This document shows, in pieces, positions 50,829 through 60,889 of a DNA stretch of 64,000 bases. Location of the stretch: assembly GCA_041648895.1 (NCBI GenBank), contig JBAZOB010000002.1, positions 826 to 64,825 of the forward strand. Direction: 5' to 3'. The notes beneath the pieces were generated by a model that did no database searches, was not told the DNA's origin, and worked only from the letters and a program-made list of their open reading frames with translations. Position 1 is the first letter of the stretch. Each line of letters begins with the position of its first letter. Made by a program: the position numbers and the translations under genes. Source of the stretch: Patescibacteria group bacterium (lineage in GTDB: Bacteria; Patescibacteriota; JAHJAL01).

Positions 50829-52487
50829 ATGTTTCACTCGTCCAAAATATTTTTATTCACCGCTTTATTTGTAATTCTAAACATACTATCCAGTATGCTT
50901 TTCACCCGGTTCGATTTTACCGCCGGGCAAATATATACTTTGTCAAATTCCACTCGGCAAATAGTTGATAATTTACCCGAAGGGATAGAAATCAAGGCCT
51001 TTGTGTCCAATAATTTGCCGGCCCAATATGTTACCTCCAAAAATCAACTATTGGATAAATTGGATGAATATCGCAATATTTCCGGTAAATTATCGGTCAA
51101 TATCTATGATCCGGTTAATGATACCGCGGCCGCCAGCCTGGCTGAAGCTCTGGGCATTCCTTCGCTTGATCTGCAAGCGGTGGAAAAAGATCAATATCAA
51201 GTCGTTAAAGCCTATTTTGGTTTAGCCGTTTTAAAACATAAATCTGATGCGTCGAACCCTAGTGATAACAGTAATTCCGGGCCCTTGGCCGACTATGAAA
51301 AGCAAGAAGTTCTGCCGGTTATCCAAAGCTTGAACTCTTTAGAATATGACTTAGGCTCAATGCTTCTGAAAGTTGGCTCAAATGAGCAAATGACCATCGG
51401 TTTTCTGACCGGTCACGGCGAACATGGTTTTGCATCAGCCAACTCCTATTTTACCGGCGCCAATGTCAATCCTCGTGATGACTACACCATCTGGCAGACT
51501 TTGAGTCGCAATTATCATGTTATTCAGATTGATCTGTCAGCCGCTCCCGCTGTGGAAAACAGTGATAACCAAGATCCATTAGCCAGCGTTGATACGTTGG
51601 TAATTGCCGGTCCGACTCAAGCTTTTAGTGAAGAAGATATCAATCAAATCCATAATTTTGTGCAAAACGGTGGTCAGGCCATTTTACTCATTGACAGTAT
51701 GAATGTCGATTTACAGTATTCATTGTCCGCCTCGACTTTACCGGAAAATTACCAGCAATTATTGGCCCCCTGGGGAGTGAGAGTCGATAATAAATTAGTC
51801 GCCGATGCCAACAATGACATGGCCAGTTTTAACCAAGGTTATGTTACCTATTCTTTGCCTTATCCATATTTTGCGAAAGTTACCGATTTGAGTGAAGATA
51901 ATGTCATTACTCGTGATTTGGAATCAATCACCTTGCCCTGGACTAGCCCACTCGATATTACTGACATTGAAGGGGTTAGTATCGAAAAAATAGCCTATTC
52001 TTCGCCTCATTACAATTTAGTTACCGAAAATACCGTCGCCGCGCCAGCTGACACTACAAATCTGGCTGACGAAACCGATACTAGTGTCGCCGCCAACCCC
52101 GCCACTCAAACCGAACCAATTGATCTAAATCCCCAACAAGATTTTAATATTTCCAGTCAAGCCAAAGATCCGGTCACTCTGGCCGTTATCGCCAAAAAAA
52201 ATAACGAAGGGCAAGTTTTAATTATGGGTGATTCTGATTTTTTAAGTCAAAATTTTCCCGGCAATGAAATATTTTTTCAAAATGCCGTTGATACTTTTAC
52301 TCTCGGTGACACCCTGATCCAAATCCGTTCCAAAAATATCACTGATCGCCCCCTCCGGCCTTTAACTGAAACAAAAAAAGACACCATTCGCTGGGGCCTG
52401 ATCATTGGCATACCGCTCTTATTTGTCCTCTATGGCATTTTCCGCCGCTGGCAACGTGTTAATTTAAAAAATGCCAGCCAGATTTAA
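50829..52487 (+). CDS. GldG-like auxiliary component of an ABC-2 exporter (N- and C-terminal TM anchors, large periplasmic/extracellular domain)
   Basis: N-terminal anchor 'IFLFTALFVILNILSSMLFTRFDFTAGQIYTLS' and a C-terminal TM 'WGLIIGIPLLFVLYGIF'. 552 aa, in an operon with the ABC ATPase and permease. Confidence 0.6.
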   Translation: MFHSSKIFLFTALFVILNILSSMLFTRFDFTAGQIYTLSNSTRQIVDNLPEGIEIKAFVSNNLPAQYVTSKNQLLDKLDEYRNISGKLSVNIYDPVNDTAAASLAEALGIPSLDLQAVEKDQYQVVKAYFGLAVLKHKSDASNPSDNSNSGPLADYEKQEVLPVIQSLNSLEYDLGSMLLKVGSNEQMTIGFLTGHGEHGFASANSYFTGANVNPRDDYTIWQTLSRNYHVIQIDLSAAPAVENSDNQDPLASVDTLVIAGPTQAFSEEDINQIHNFVQNGGQAILLIDSMNVDLQYSLSASTLPENYQQLLAPWGVRVDNKLVADANNDMASFNQGYVTYSLPYPYFAKVTDLSEDNVITRDLESITLPWTSPLDITDIEGVSIEKIAYSSPHYNLVTENTVAAPADTTNLADETDTSVAANPATQTEPIDLNPQQDFNISSQAKDPVTLAVIAKKNNEGQVLIMGDSDFLSQNFPGNEIFFQNAVDTFTLGDTLIQIRSKNITDRPLRPLTETKKDTIRWGLIIGIPLLFVLYGIFRRWQRVNLKNASQI

Positions 52488-52512
52488 TGAATAATTATTC
52501 ATTATTAATTAT

Positions 52513-53121
52513 TCATTTATAATTTGTTATTCTGACTCCCACCTCCGCCAAAAATAACCCCAAAAAAGCTCCCGCCATCACATCGATTACAAAATGTACT
52601 CCCAAATAAACTCGGGAAAAAGCCACTAAAAAAGCCAACAGATAAAACGCCAAATTTATTTTGGCGTTATATTTATAATGATTTGTCAAAAAATAAGCGA
52701 TAAAAAAAGCAAAGGCACTATGCCCGCTTGGGAAACTATATTGCCACATCAGGTTCGAAGAAACTAACTGGGCCACGCCCGGGATATCTTCAAAGGGGCG
52801 CAAACGGGCTACATAGGCGTTGAGAAACAAATATATGATCGACAATAATATCATCAACAAACCCGTCATCAAAACCGCCGACCGGTCTTTTTTGTAGGCC
52901 AGATAAACTAAAAACAAAAAAACACCCACATAACTGCCCAAAGTATAACGAGTAATGAAAATCAGCCAATCAGTTATTGTCTGGCTATGTAGAGCATCAT
53001 AAATTACCAGAGTGATATTTTTATCCCACTCTCCGCCGAAGGAAGTCCCATAGAGCCACCACATCAAAACAAACCCGCCGAGATAAATCCAGTGTGTATA
53101 GCTCTTTCTGGCTATCTTCAA
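52513..53121 (-). CDS. PAP2-family membrane phosphatase (undecaprenyl-diphosphatase/lipid phosphatase-like). TTG start.
   Basis: 'PSGHSAFAF' and 'SRVYLGVHFVIDVMAG' are the PAP2 catalytic motifs. 6 TM helices. Confidence 0.75.
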   Translation of the reverse strand: MKIARKSYTHWIYLGGFVLMWWLYGTSFGGEWDKNITLVIYDALHSQTITDWLIFITRYTLGSYVGVFLFLVYLAYKKDRSAVLMTGLLMILLSIIYLFLNAYVARLRPFEDIPGVAQLVSSNLMWQYSFPSGHSAFAFFIAYFLTNHYKYNAKINLAFYLLAFLVAFSRVYLGVHFVIDVMAGAFLGLFLAEVGVRITNYK

Positions 53122-53173
53122 TTTAATATTTCCCTAATTATTAATTCCAAATTTCTAATTCCTGATTTTAAAG

Positions 53174-53247
53174 TGGGCGGTATAGGGATCGAACCCATGA
53201 CCTCCTCGGTGTAAACGAGGCGCTCTAGCCAGCTGAGCTAACCGCCC
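53174..53247 (-). tRNA. tRNA-Val (anticodon TAC). No encoded CCA.
   Basis: Manual cloverleaf: acceptor GGGCGGU/ACCGCCC, D-stem GCUC/GAGC, anticodon stem CCUCG/CGAGG with loop UUUACAC, T-loop UUCGAUC. 74 nt. Confidence 0.8.
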
Positions 53248-53319
53248 ATATTCTGATTACATTTTAATCACATCTTAAATTCTAATTCATAACTGGTATT
53301 TTTTCAAACATGCAAATAA

Positions 53320-55512
53320 TTAATCAATTTTCCGCAGGGGTGCAATCGCCGCCGCCAGACTTTTTACCCCGCCACCAATAAAAGCCACTTTAATTATCCC
53401 ACCTTGAACTTGTACCACTCGACCTTCACCGAATTTCGGATGGACCACTTTGTCGCCAGAACAATATTCGCCATTATCCTCATCAAGCACAATCTTGGTA
53501 GTTTCTGGCTGTGTGTATTTACTTCCTGATGATTTTTTTGGCTTAACATGATAACGTAAATTTTCCGGAATATCATCAATAAATTGCGAGGGCAAATTAC
53601 TTTGTAAATTACCAAATATTTTACGCATAATGGCGTAGGTTAAATAGAGCCTTTTTTTCGCCCTGGTTACTCCCACGTAACACAGTCGCCGTTCCTCCTC
53701 CATTTCCGCCGGCTCGGTTAGGGAACGAGCGTGCGGAAAAATATTTTCCTCCATGCCGACAATAAACACAGCGGGGAACTCTAAGCCTTTGGCACTATGC
53801 ATAGTCATCAAGGTGACCGCGTTTTCATTGACGTCATAGTTATCAATATCCGTAATTAGCGCAATCTCTTCCAAAAATAACCGCACACCTTCGACCGCCG
53901 CATAATCATTGTATCGATCCAGCACAGTTAATAACTCCTGTAAATTTTCCACCCGACTTTCACCCTCCACCGTTTTATTATCTGTCCATTCCAAATATCC
54001 AGTCTTATTCAACACCAAGGTCAAAAACTCCCCCGGCAATAATTCATCCAAATGATTCTGCAGTCCATTGATTACCTGATGAAATTTTATCAAGGCGTTA
54101 ATAGCTCGACTGTTCAAATGATTAGCCGCTAATTCCGACACCCCATTTTCACCAGCCGCCATTTGTCCGATCACCTCCCATAAAGTCATGGAGTATTCCA
54201 GACCAATCACTTCCAAAGCTGTCACTGTTTTGGCGCTTATAGCACGGGGCGGCACATTGATAACGCGTTTAATGCTCAAGGTGTCGGTGGGATTAACAAT
54301 AAGACGTAAATAAGCCAAAGCGTCTTTAATTTCTTTTCTTTCGTAAAATTTTTGCCCGCCCACAATCCGGTAGGGAATATTGTAACGTAAAAACATTTCT
54401 TCCAGTGTTCTCGATTGAGCGTTAGTACGATACAAAACGGCGAAATCACCATAATCCATCCCATCCTGACTTTTGAGGCGATTGATCTCACTGGCGACAT
54501 AGCGAGCTTCATCTTGTTCACTACTGGACTCATAAACAGAAATTAGCTCACCCTTGGGGTTGTCAGTCCACAATTTCTTTTTTTTCTGCCTTTTATTTTT
54601 GGCAATAATATAGCCGGCCGCCTCCAGAATATTCTTCGTCGACCGATAATTACGTTCCAACTTCACCACTTTGGCCCGCGGATAATCTTTTTCAAATTCC
54701 AAAATATTACGGATCGTCGCCCCCCGCCAGGAATAGATCGATTGAGCGTCATCACCCACCACGCAAATATTTTCCCGTTGATTAACCAAAAGACGAATCA
54801 GAGTGTACTGAGCATGATTAGTATCCTGGTATTCATCAATCAATACATATTGAAAACGAGTCTGATATTCCCGTCGCACTTCATCATGATTTTGCAGTAA
54901 TTCCACGGTTTTCATAATTAGATCATCAAAATCCAAAGCGTTATTTTCTTTGAGAATTTTTTGATAAGCCGTATAAACGTCGGAGACAATTGAACCAAAA
55001 TGACTCAAATGAGCCACCTCTTGGTATTGAGTCGGATTCATCAACTCATTTTTAGCTCCCGAAATATGAGCCTTGATGGCTTGTGGATTGTATTGTTTGG
55101 GATCAATATTGAGATCTTTCATCACTTGTTTAATCACCACCTGTTGATCCTTGGTATCGTAAATGACAAAACTACTATTGTAACCCACCAGACCACCATG
55201 CTGGCGTAAAATCTTCACGCAGACAGAATGAAAAGTTCCCATCCATGGCAAAAACCGATTAATATCACTTTTAGTGTGACCAATCAGCAAAAAAATCCGC
55301 TCCTTCATCTCTTTGGCCGCCTTATTGGTAAAAGTCACCGCCAAAATATTGAACGGACTAACTTTCATTTTATGTACAATGTAAGCCATCCGGTGTGTCA
55401 AAGTCTTGGTCTTACCACTGCCCGCTCCCGCCAAAATTAATAATGGACCTTCAGTTGTTTCCACCGCGGCTCGCTGTTTATCATTTAAATCTTTCAAAAT
55501 ATGCTTTATCAT
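53320..55512 (-). CDS. pcrA: ATP-dependent DNA helicase PcrA/UvrD family
   Basis: Motif I 'LAGAGSGKT' and 'AVTFTNKAAKEM'. Length 730 aa, with a C-terminal Tudor-like tail. Confidence 0.9.
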   Translation of the reverse strand: MIKHILKDLNDKQRAAVETTEGPLLILAGAGSGKTKTLTHRMAYIVHKMKVSPFNILAVTFTNKAAKEMKERIFLLIGHTKSDINRFLPWMGTFHSVCVKILRQHGGLVGYNSSFVIYDTKDQQVVIKQVMKDLNIDPKQYNPQAIKAHISGAKNELMNPTQYQEVAHLSHFGSIVSDVYTAYQKILKENNALDFDDLIMKTVELLQNHDEVRREYQTRFQYVLIDEYQDTNHAQYTLIRLLVNQRENICVVGDDAQSIYSWRGATIRNILEFEKDYPRAKVVKLERNYRSTKNILEAAGYIIAKNKRQKKKKLWTDNPKGELISVYESSSEQDEARYVASEINRLKSQDGMDYGDFAVLYRTNAQSRTLEEMFLRYNIPYRIVGGQKFYERKEIKDALAYLRLIVNPTDTLSIKRVINVPPRAISAKTVTALEVIGLEYSMTLWEVIGQMAAGENGVSELAANHLNSRAINALIKFHQVINGLQNHLDELLPGEFLTLVLNKTGYLEWTDNKTVEGESRVENLQELLTVLDRYNDYAAVEGVRLFLEEIALITDIDNYDVNENAVTLMTMHSAKGLEFPAVFIVGMEENIFPHARSLTEPAEMEEERRLCYVGVTRAKKRLYLTYAIMRKIFGNLQSNLPSQFIDDIPENLRYHVKPKKSSGSKYTQPETTKIVLDEDNGEYCSGDKVVHPKFGEGRVVQVQGGIIKVAFIGGGVKSLAAAIAPLRKID

Positions 55513-55515
55513 CGA

Positions 55516-56109
55516 CTAAATCTTTTCCTTTAATTTAAAAAACTGACTAAAAATTTCGATCAGCTGCCGGTTATCGGCAAATTGATAATCGGTAATAAAG
55601 ATAATCTGGTTTAATTCGGTAAATTCCAAACAATTAACTTGACCTTGGAACAAATCGGATAAACTGATTAATAAATCATTGGATTTAACTAAATTATCAA
55701 TAATATACGTCTCCGGCGCGGTGATGGTGTAAATTTGGCCATTGATATGGATTGGTCTTTGCTCTGGCCAATTATATTTTTGGTCGCTGCTACTGATTAT
55801 CATTGGTCGCACCTCATCTGCAAGCAGGAAGAAAGTAAAATTCACCCCGGCTTGGTCAAATAAACCAAAATATAATTCCTTGCCTTCTCTTTTGCCGCCA
55901 TAGAAATATTGCCAATTGATTTGCGGCAAATGGCTGAAATATTGCGAATAATGCAATAAATCAGTGATTTCTCCTTGGTATTTATGCAGATTAAAATAAT
56001 TGACAAATTCCCTGATTATTGGCGGTGTTTTGGACCCAAACCAGCTAATTGCCAAGGTGACTATTACCAACAAAGCCCCGATTAAAATAATAAGTAGTCG
56101 CCAATCCAT
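55516..56109 (-). CDS. Hypothetical N-terminally membrane-anchored protein (197 aa)
   Basis: One N-terminal TM helix. The gene ends 4 nt before the pcrA start. Confidence 0.45.
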   Translation of the reverse strand: MDWRLLIILIGALLVIVTLAISWFGSKTPPIIREFVNYFNLHKYQGEITDLLHYSQYFSHLPQINWQYFYGGKREGKELYFGLFDQAGVNFTFFLLADEVRPMIISSSDQKYNWPEQRPIHINGQIYTITAPETYIIDNLVKSNDLLISLSDLFQGQVNCLEFTELNQIIFITDYQFADNRQLIEIFSQFFKLKEKI

Positions 56110-56274
56110 ATATATTGATGAAATATTAAATCCTGCTTACTTTAGTTTAAATTTTTCTATTCATAAAAGCAAAAAACAAAAATTGCTTTTTATATGGTTT
56201 GAGGCTATGATTATTATTGTCCCAATAAAAATAACTGCACCCTATAACTCAAATTTACCACGAGTAAATAATCG

Positions 56275-56345
56275 GGCGTGGTGACCGAGTAGCTAGGTAG
56301 CGGTCTGCAAAACCGCGTACACGGGTGCAAATCCCGTCCACGCCT
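56275..56345 (+). tRNA. tRNA-Cys (anticodon GCA). No encoded CCA; followed by a T6 run.
   Basis: Acceptor GGCGUGG/CCACGCC, anticodon stem GCGGU/ACCGC with loop CUGCAAA, T-arm ACGGG-UGCAAAU-CCCGU. Domain lengths parallel E. coli tRNA-Cys. Confidence 0.65.
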
Positions 56346-56382
56346 TTTTTGTAATTTTTAATTTTAAATTTAAAATTATTCT

Positions 56383-56601
56383 ATGCCAACCTATTATCAA
56401 ATTGCCCAAATTGTCGTTAGCGTTTTATTGATACTATTTATCCTCCTGCAGCACAAAAGCTCGGCTCTGGGTGGAGTTTTTGGTGGCGACGGTAATGTCT
56501 ATAAAAGTAAAAGGGGATTAGACAAATTTCTACATTGGGGAACCATTGTTCTAGCCACTCTTTTTATCGTTTCCTCGGTGGTTAATTTGTTGATCCAATA
56601 A
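56383..56601 (+). CDS. secG: Preprotein translocase subunit SecG
   Basis: 72 aa with two TM helices and the Gly-rich loop 'LLQHKSSALGGVFGGDG', typical of SecG. Confidence 0.7.
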   Translation: MPTYYQIAQIVVSVLLILFILLQHKSSALGGVFGGDGNVYKSKRGLDKFLHWGTIVLATLFIVSSVVNLLIQ

Positions 56602-56617
56602 ATAATACTCATCAACC

Positions 56618-58339
56618 ATGAGCTCATCCTGGCGACGTTTTAAGCCAAAACAATTTATCTTGCCCAAAAATGCGCGCGACCTTCTTTCTTTTCTTGGCCG
56701 CTATTTGCCGCATATTTTAATTTTTTTAGTAGTTTTCGGTCTAATATTTTTTGGCTATCGATACTATATAGATCACACCGCTAGCGCCCCCCAAACTGGT
56801 GGCACGTTTATTGAAGGCATGGCTGGGCAACCGGGCATGATTAATCCCATCCTCTCTCAAACCAATGACGTTGACCGTGATTTATGCCAACTAATCTTTT
56901 CCGGCTTATTGACCTATAACCAGGATCATAACCTGATTGGTGATTTAGCTGATCACTGGGATATTTCCGAGGATGAAAAAGTATACACCGTCTATCTGAA
57001 AGATAATTTAAAATGGCATGATGGTGAGCCTCTAACTAGTGATGATGTGGTCCTCACCTTTCACCTTATTCAAAATGAACAATACCCGGGTACTTTAGCC
57101 AATAATTGGCAAGATGTCAGGGTGGAAAAAATTGATGACCAAACCATCCAGTTTTCGTTAAATGAAGTTTTCTCACCATTCTTAGTCAACCTCACCACTG
57201 GTATTTTGCCAGCGCATATTTTTGCCAATGCCGATCCCGCCAAAATTGACACCATGGACTTCAATTCCCAACCCATTGGCAGTGGTCCTTACAAAATCAG
57301 TAAAATTAAAATTGACAAAAAGGGTGTTTATAGTTCCATTGAGCTGGAATCTTTCCCTGATTATTATGGCCAGGCGCCGTATATTCCAAAAATTATTATC
57401 AAATTCTATGATGATTATCAGACACTTTACAGTGCCTATCGCCAAAAAGAAGTCCTAAGTATCGCCCATGTCTTAACCGCCGACTGGCCCATGGCTGATG
57501 GTATGCTAACCAACGTCAGTTATTATGATATTGCCTTGCCTCAATATACGGCTATTTTTATCAATCAAGACGCCAACACCACTCTCCGCGATCCCTATAT
57601 CAAAGAAGCCCTATATTATGGTCTGGACCGAGAGAGAATACTCGAAGAGGCTGTTTATAACAAAGGAAAAGTAATCGATACTCCCATCTTGGAGGGCTTT
57701 ATGGGCTATAATCCCGATATTGCGCATATTAATCGTGATGTAGAAAAAGCCAAAGCTGTCCTGGAACAAGGTAAATGGACTGATGTTGATGGTGATGGCG
57801 TTCGAGAAAAAGACAATGTCCGCTTAAAAATTAACTTGATTACCTCCGACAACCCCGAATTCGTTTTAGCATCCCGGATTATTCAAACCAACTGGCAGGA
57901 AATTGGTATTCAAGTCGAAGTTGGCGTGTTTACCATTGGCGAGTTGGAAAGCCAATACATCAAACCCCGACAATATGATGCTTTATTATTTGGTGAAAAC
58001 CTGGGCGCCGACCCCGACCCCTATGTTTATTGGCATTCCAGTCAGATCAATGATCCAGGATTAAATTTATCCAACTATACCAACGTTGAAGTCGATCGAT
58101 ATTTAGAAAATGGTCGCCAAACCAACGATATCGAATCTCGCATTCATAACTACCTACCATTTCAAGAAGTGATTACCGATGAAAAACCAGCCATCTTTCT
58201 CTATCGGCCATACTACATTTATGCCGTTAATCCATCTGTTCAAGGTATCAATGTCGATCACGCTTCCAATCCCGCTGAACGCTTTTTATTTATCAGTGAT
58301 TGGTATATCAACACCCAGCGTGTTTGGAAAACTGCCTAA
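56618..58339 (+). CDS. ABC transporter substrate-binding protein, family 5 (peptide/nickel-binding, OppA/DppA-like), membrane-anchored
   Basis: N-terminal TM anchor, 573 aa, and 'LKWHDGEPLTSDDVVLTF' typical of SBP_bac_5. No cognate permease lies in the window. Confidence 0.6.
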   Translation: MSSSWRRFKPKQFILPKNARDLLSFLGRYLPHILIFLVVFGLIFFGYRYYIDHTASAPQTGGTFIEGMAGQPGMINPILSQTNDVDRDLCQLIFSGLLTYNQDHNLIGDLADHWDISEDEKVYTVYLKDNLKWHDGEPLTSDDVVLTFHLIQNEQYPGTLANNWQDVRVEKIDDQTIQFSLNEVFSPFLVNLTTGILPAHIFANADPAKIDTMDFNSQPIGSGPYKISKIKIDKKGVYSSIELESFPDYYGQAPYIPKIIIKFYDDYQTLYSAYRQKEVLSIAHVLTADWPMADGMLTNVSYYDIALPQYTAIFINQDANTTLRDPYIKEALYYGLDRERILEEAVYNKGKVIDTPILEGFMGYNPDIAHINRDVEKAKAVLEQGKWTDVDGDGVREKDNVRLKINLITSDNPEFVLASRIIQTNWQEIGIQVEVGVFTIGELESQYIKPRQYDALLFGENLGADPDPYVYWHSSQINDPGLNLSNYTNVEVDRYLENGRQTNDIESRIHNYLPFQEVITDEKPAIFLYRPYYIYAVNPSVQGINVDHASNPAERFLFISDWYINTQRVWKTA

Positions 58340-58517
58340 TTATCTTAATAATTCATCTTTAGGGGCCCCAGAAATTGTGAGCGTCCGATCAAGCGGAGCG
58401 TAGCGAGCATTGATCAGGCAGCGAAAATTTTTGGGGAAAGGTAGAGACGCTCTAATTAGCAAAGCAGGAGGCCCGATAGGGACTCATGCGTAGCGGTGAA
58501 AGCGATCTCGACCGAGA

Positions 58518-58599
58518 GCGGACGTGGCGAAACTGGTAGACGCGCATGCTTGAGGGGCATGTGGGGCAACCTATGGGAGTTCGAATCTCCCCGTCCGCA
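58518..58599 (+). tRNA. tRNA-Leu (anticodon GAG), long variable arm. No encoded CCA.
   Basis: Acceptor GCGGACG/CGUCCGC, 3-bp D-stem with loop GCGAAACUGGUAGACGC (Leu-type), anticodon stem CAUGC/GCAUG with loop UUGAGGG, a 13-nt variable arm, and T-arm GGGAG-UUCGAAU-CUCCC. Confidence 0.8.
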
Positions 58600-58681
58600 T
58601 TTGTGTAAATAAAAAAAATAACCCGAAACAAAATCTTCGGGTTATTTAATTTTTCGTTTCTGCGCTTGTCAGCGTTTTGCT

Positions 58682-59308
58682 TTACATCATACCACCCATT
58701 CTCATCCGTCCACCACCAAAGCCTAGATCACCCATAATTCCTTTTCCATAACCATTGTCACTATTATGAGCGAATTCAAGAATTTGGCTTAATGAATTAA
58801 AGGCGTTTTCATCAACCAAATCAAGTAACTGCGAGCCATATTCACGAGTTTCAATAATTGATTTCCAGGCCTCAAAGTCGCCATTCTTGATTGCGTCCAT
58901 AACTGCCTGCCTGTCTGCCATATCATATTTTGGCCCCATGACATCGCTCAAGCCCAATTCATCCATAATGGCTTTCGCGCCTTCTTTGTCACCAGACTCC
59001 ATCAGTTGATGGGCCGCGGCAAACTGGGCGAAATTATTTTCGTTTATCACACTCAATAATTTATCTCCCCGCGGACTATCGGCCACTAATTGACTCCAGG
59101 TAGTATAGTCGCCGGCATCCATAGCCGCTTCAACTTCTTCACGAATTTGGCTCATTTGACCAGGATTATCGGCATTACCTGAAAAGGCCAAAGCGCCAGC
59201 GGCGGTGGTTAAGATAACTCCTCCGGTAATCAGACCGGTTAATATTTTATTCATAATCATTCTCCTTTTTAATTTGACTAATTTAGTAAAATGGGATCCC
59301 GTTCTCAT
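58682..59308 (-). CDS. Secreted hypothetical protein (208 aa) with a signal peptide and a C-terminal Gly/Met-rich tail
   Basis: N-terminal 'ILTGLITGGVILTTAAGALAFSG' signal/anchor. Ends in 'GFGGGRMRMGGMM'. Confidence 0.45.
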   Translation of the reverse strand: MRTGSHFTKLVKLKRRMIMNKILTGLITGGVILTTAAGALAFSGNADNPGQMSQIREEVEAAMDAGDYTTWSQLVADSPRGDKLLSVINENNFAQFAAAHQLMESGDKEGAKAIMDELGLSDVMGPKYDMADRQAVMDAIKNGDFEAWKSIIETREYGSQLLDLVDENAFNSLSQILEFAHNSDNGYGKGIMGDLGFGGGRMRMGGMM

Positions 59309-59388
59309 GCGCAGTTCGACCTATAGACTCCTGCTTTCAGTAGGTAGTACGTCCGGTGGCCCCATTTTCTTGCAAAAAAATTACTATA

Positions 59389-60147
59389 TTAATTCTTCGG
59401 ACCACCCATAAAACCCTTAGGCATATTATTTAGTCTCAACATATCACCCGCCTGCCAGGGTCGAAATTCTTCCGCCTTAAATTCAAACTCACCGGTTTTT
59501 TTGCCCAATATTTTTATCTTTTGGCCATTTTCCAATTTTTTTCCCGGAGGAATCTTCGCCTCACCAATATCAACTTTCCAATCATGAGGATCGATGGTTT
59601 TTAAAGTTAATGACTCATCATTTATATCAATAATTTTCCCCGCCAACAGACCCTGATCGGGCAAATAATATAGTTGATCCTTATTGGGCATAAAATTTTG
59701 AAAAATTGGTGCCCGATCGTGCAAGAAATTTCGTGCTTTTTTGGCCAAGCCGGCATAATGAAAAGCCCCTGCCGTCAAAATTATTAATATCAAACCAAAT
59801 AAAATTACCTGGTATTTAGGATAACGATAACCCTTGGGAGTGTTGAGAAAATTATAATATGCCAAAACAGCAACTACTATCAAAATTGCTGACCAAAAAT
59901 AAGGGAAGAAGCTAAATAACCAATGCCCCAAACCAATGCCCAACATCGGCCGCAGCCCCCATTCAACATCGGTTAGCTCAAAAAAAGTAATTCCGAGCGA
60001 AATTGCTCCCAGCAATAATAGAATAACCAACAATACCCACAGAAAACCGTGCTGCAGCCAAAAATGCCAACGGGGAATTGGTTTCACATTTTCCTGCTTG
60101 ATCTTGTCAATTACCTTGTCGCTGATTTTGATGTTATCTTTGTCCAT
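59389..60147 (-). CDS. Membrane protein, putative anti-sigma factor partner of the upstream ECF sigma
   Basis: N-terminal cytoplasmic segment followed by TM helices and an extracytoplasmic C-terminal domain. The gene sits directly downstream of the sigma-24 gene, with a 32-nt gap. Confidence 0.4.
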   Translation of the reverse strand: MDKDNIKISDKVIDKIKQENVKPIPRWHFWLQHGFLWVLLVILLLLGAISLGITFFELTDVEWGLRPMLGIGLGHWLFSFFPYFWSAILIVVAVLAYYNFLNTPKGYRYPKYQVILFGLILIILTAGAFHYAGLAKKARNFLHDRAPIFQNFMPNKDQLYYLPDQGLLAGKIIDINDESLTLKTIDPHDWKVDIGEAKIPPGKKLENGQKIKILGKKTGEFEFKAEEFRPWQAGDMLRLNNMPKGFMGGPKN

Positions 60148-60178
60148 AATAAATTATGAATTAATTTAAACTAATCAT

Positions 60179-60787
60179 TTAAATCAAATCCTTTAAATTA
60201 TGTTCCTTATCTAATTTTTTAATCTTATCTTTGGCCCGATGGATTAGCGCCGAAACTGTTCCCACCGGTTTATGCAAAACATCACTAATTTCCTCATAAT
60301 CTTTTTGTTCCAAGTATCGCAGAATCAAAACTTCACGATAATTTTCCGGCAACAAATTAATTACTTCAACTATTTTTTCTTGCCGCTCCTTATCATGCAG
60401 TTCACTGCTAATTGTCTCATCGTCGGCGAGGGTGTTGGCCAAACCATTCTCTTCCTTGTCGATACTAATATATTTAACGTTTCTTTGCTGCCGACGCCAA
60501 TAACCAATGGCTTCATTGTGGGCAATCCGATAAATCCAGCTGGAAAACTTCAGGCTGGGGTCAAAATTATTAAGGTAGCGATAAGTCTTAATAAATGTCT
60601 CCTGCAAAATATCCTCCGCCGTTTCTTGATTAATTTTAATAATGCGGCGAATATAGCGCAACAATTTATGCTCATAACGTTGCATCAATTTATAAAATGC
60701 CGCTTCATCATCAACTGCCGCCTTGGCTAATTGTTCATCGGAATAATCCGATCCCAGAGTCATAATGGTTACAACTGCATTAATCAA
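60179..60787 (-). CDS. RNA polymerase sigma-70 family ECF (sigma-24-type) factor
   Basis: Region 2 'AEDILQETFIKTYRYLNNF' and region 4 HTH 'REVLILRYLEQKDYEEISDVLHKPVGTVSALIHRAKDKIKK'. Length is 202 aa. Confidence 0.8.
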   Translation of the reverse strand: MINAVVTIMTLGSDYSDEQLAKAAVDDEAAFYKLMQRYEHKLLRYIRRIIKINQETAEDILQETFIKTYRYLNNFDPSLKFSSWIYRIAHNEAIGYWRRQQRNVKYISIDKEENGLANTLADDETISSELHDKERQEKIVEVINLLPENYREVLILRYLEQKDYEEISDVLHKPVGTVSALIHRAKDKIKKLDKEHNLKDLI

Positions 60788-60889
60788 TAAGCGTCACTTT
60801 CAATATTTAATACGCGATATTCTTTTATTTTCTTGCAGATAAATTATAAACTATAATTAAAATAAGAATTAATTATTAATTAAAAAAAT

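Noticed and set aside
58340-58599. tmRNA (ssrA) candidate, suggested by a GGGGC 5' start and a tRNA-like 3' end
   Set aside because: The 3' 82 nt fold as a complete canonical tRNA-Leu(GAG) whose acceptor stem pairs internally, not with the GGGGCC at 58344. No resume-codon/tag-peptide ORF ending in ...AA stop is evident.
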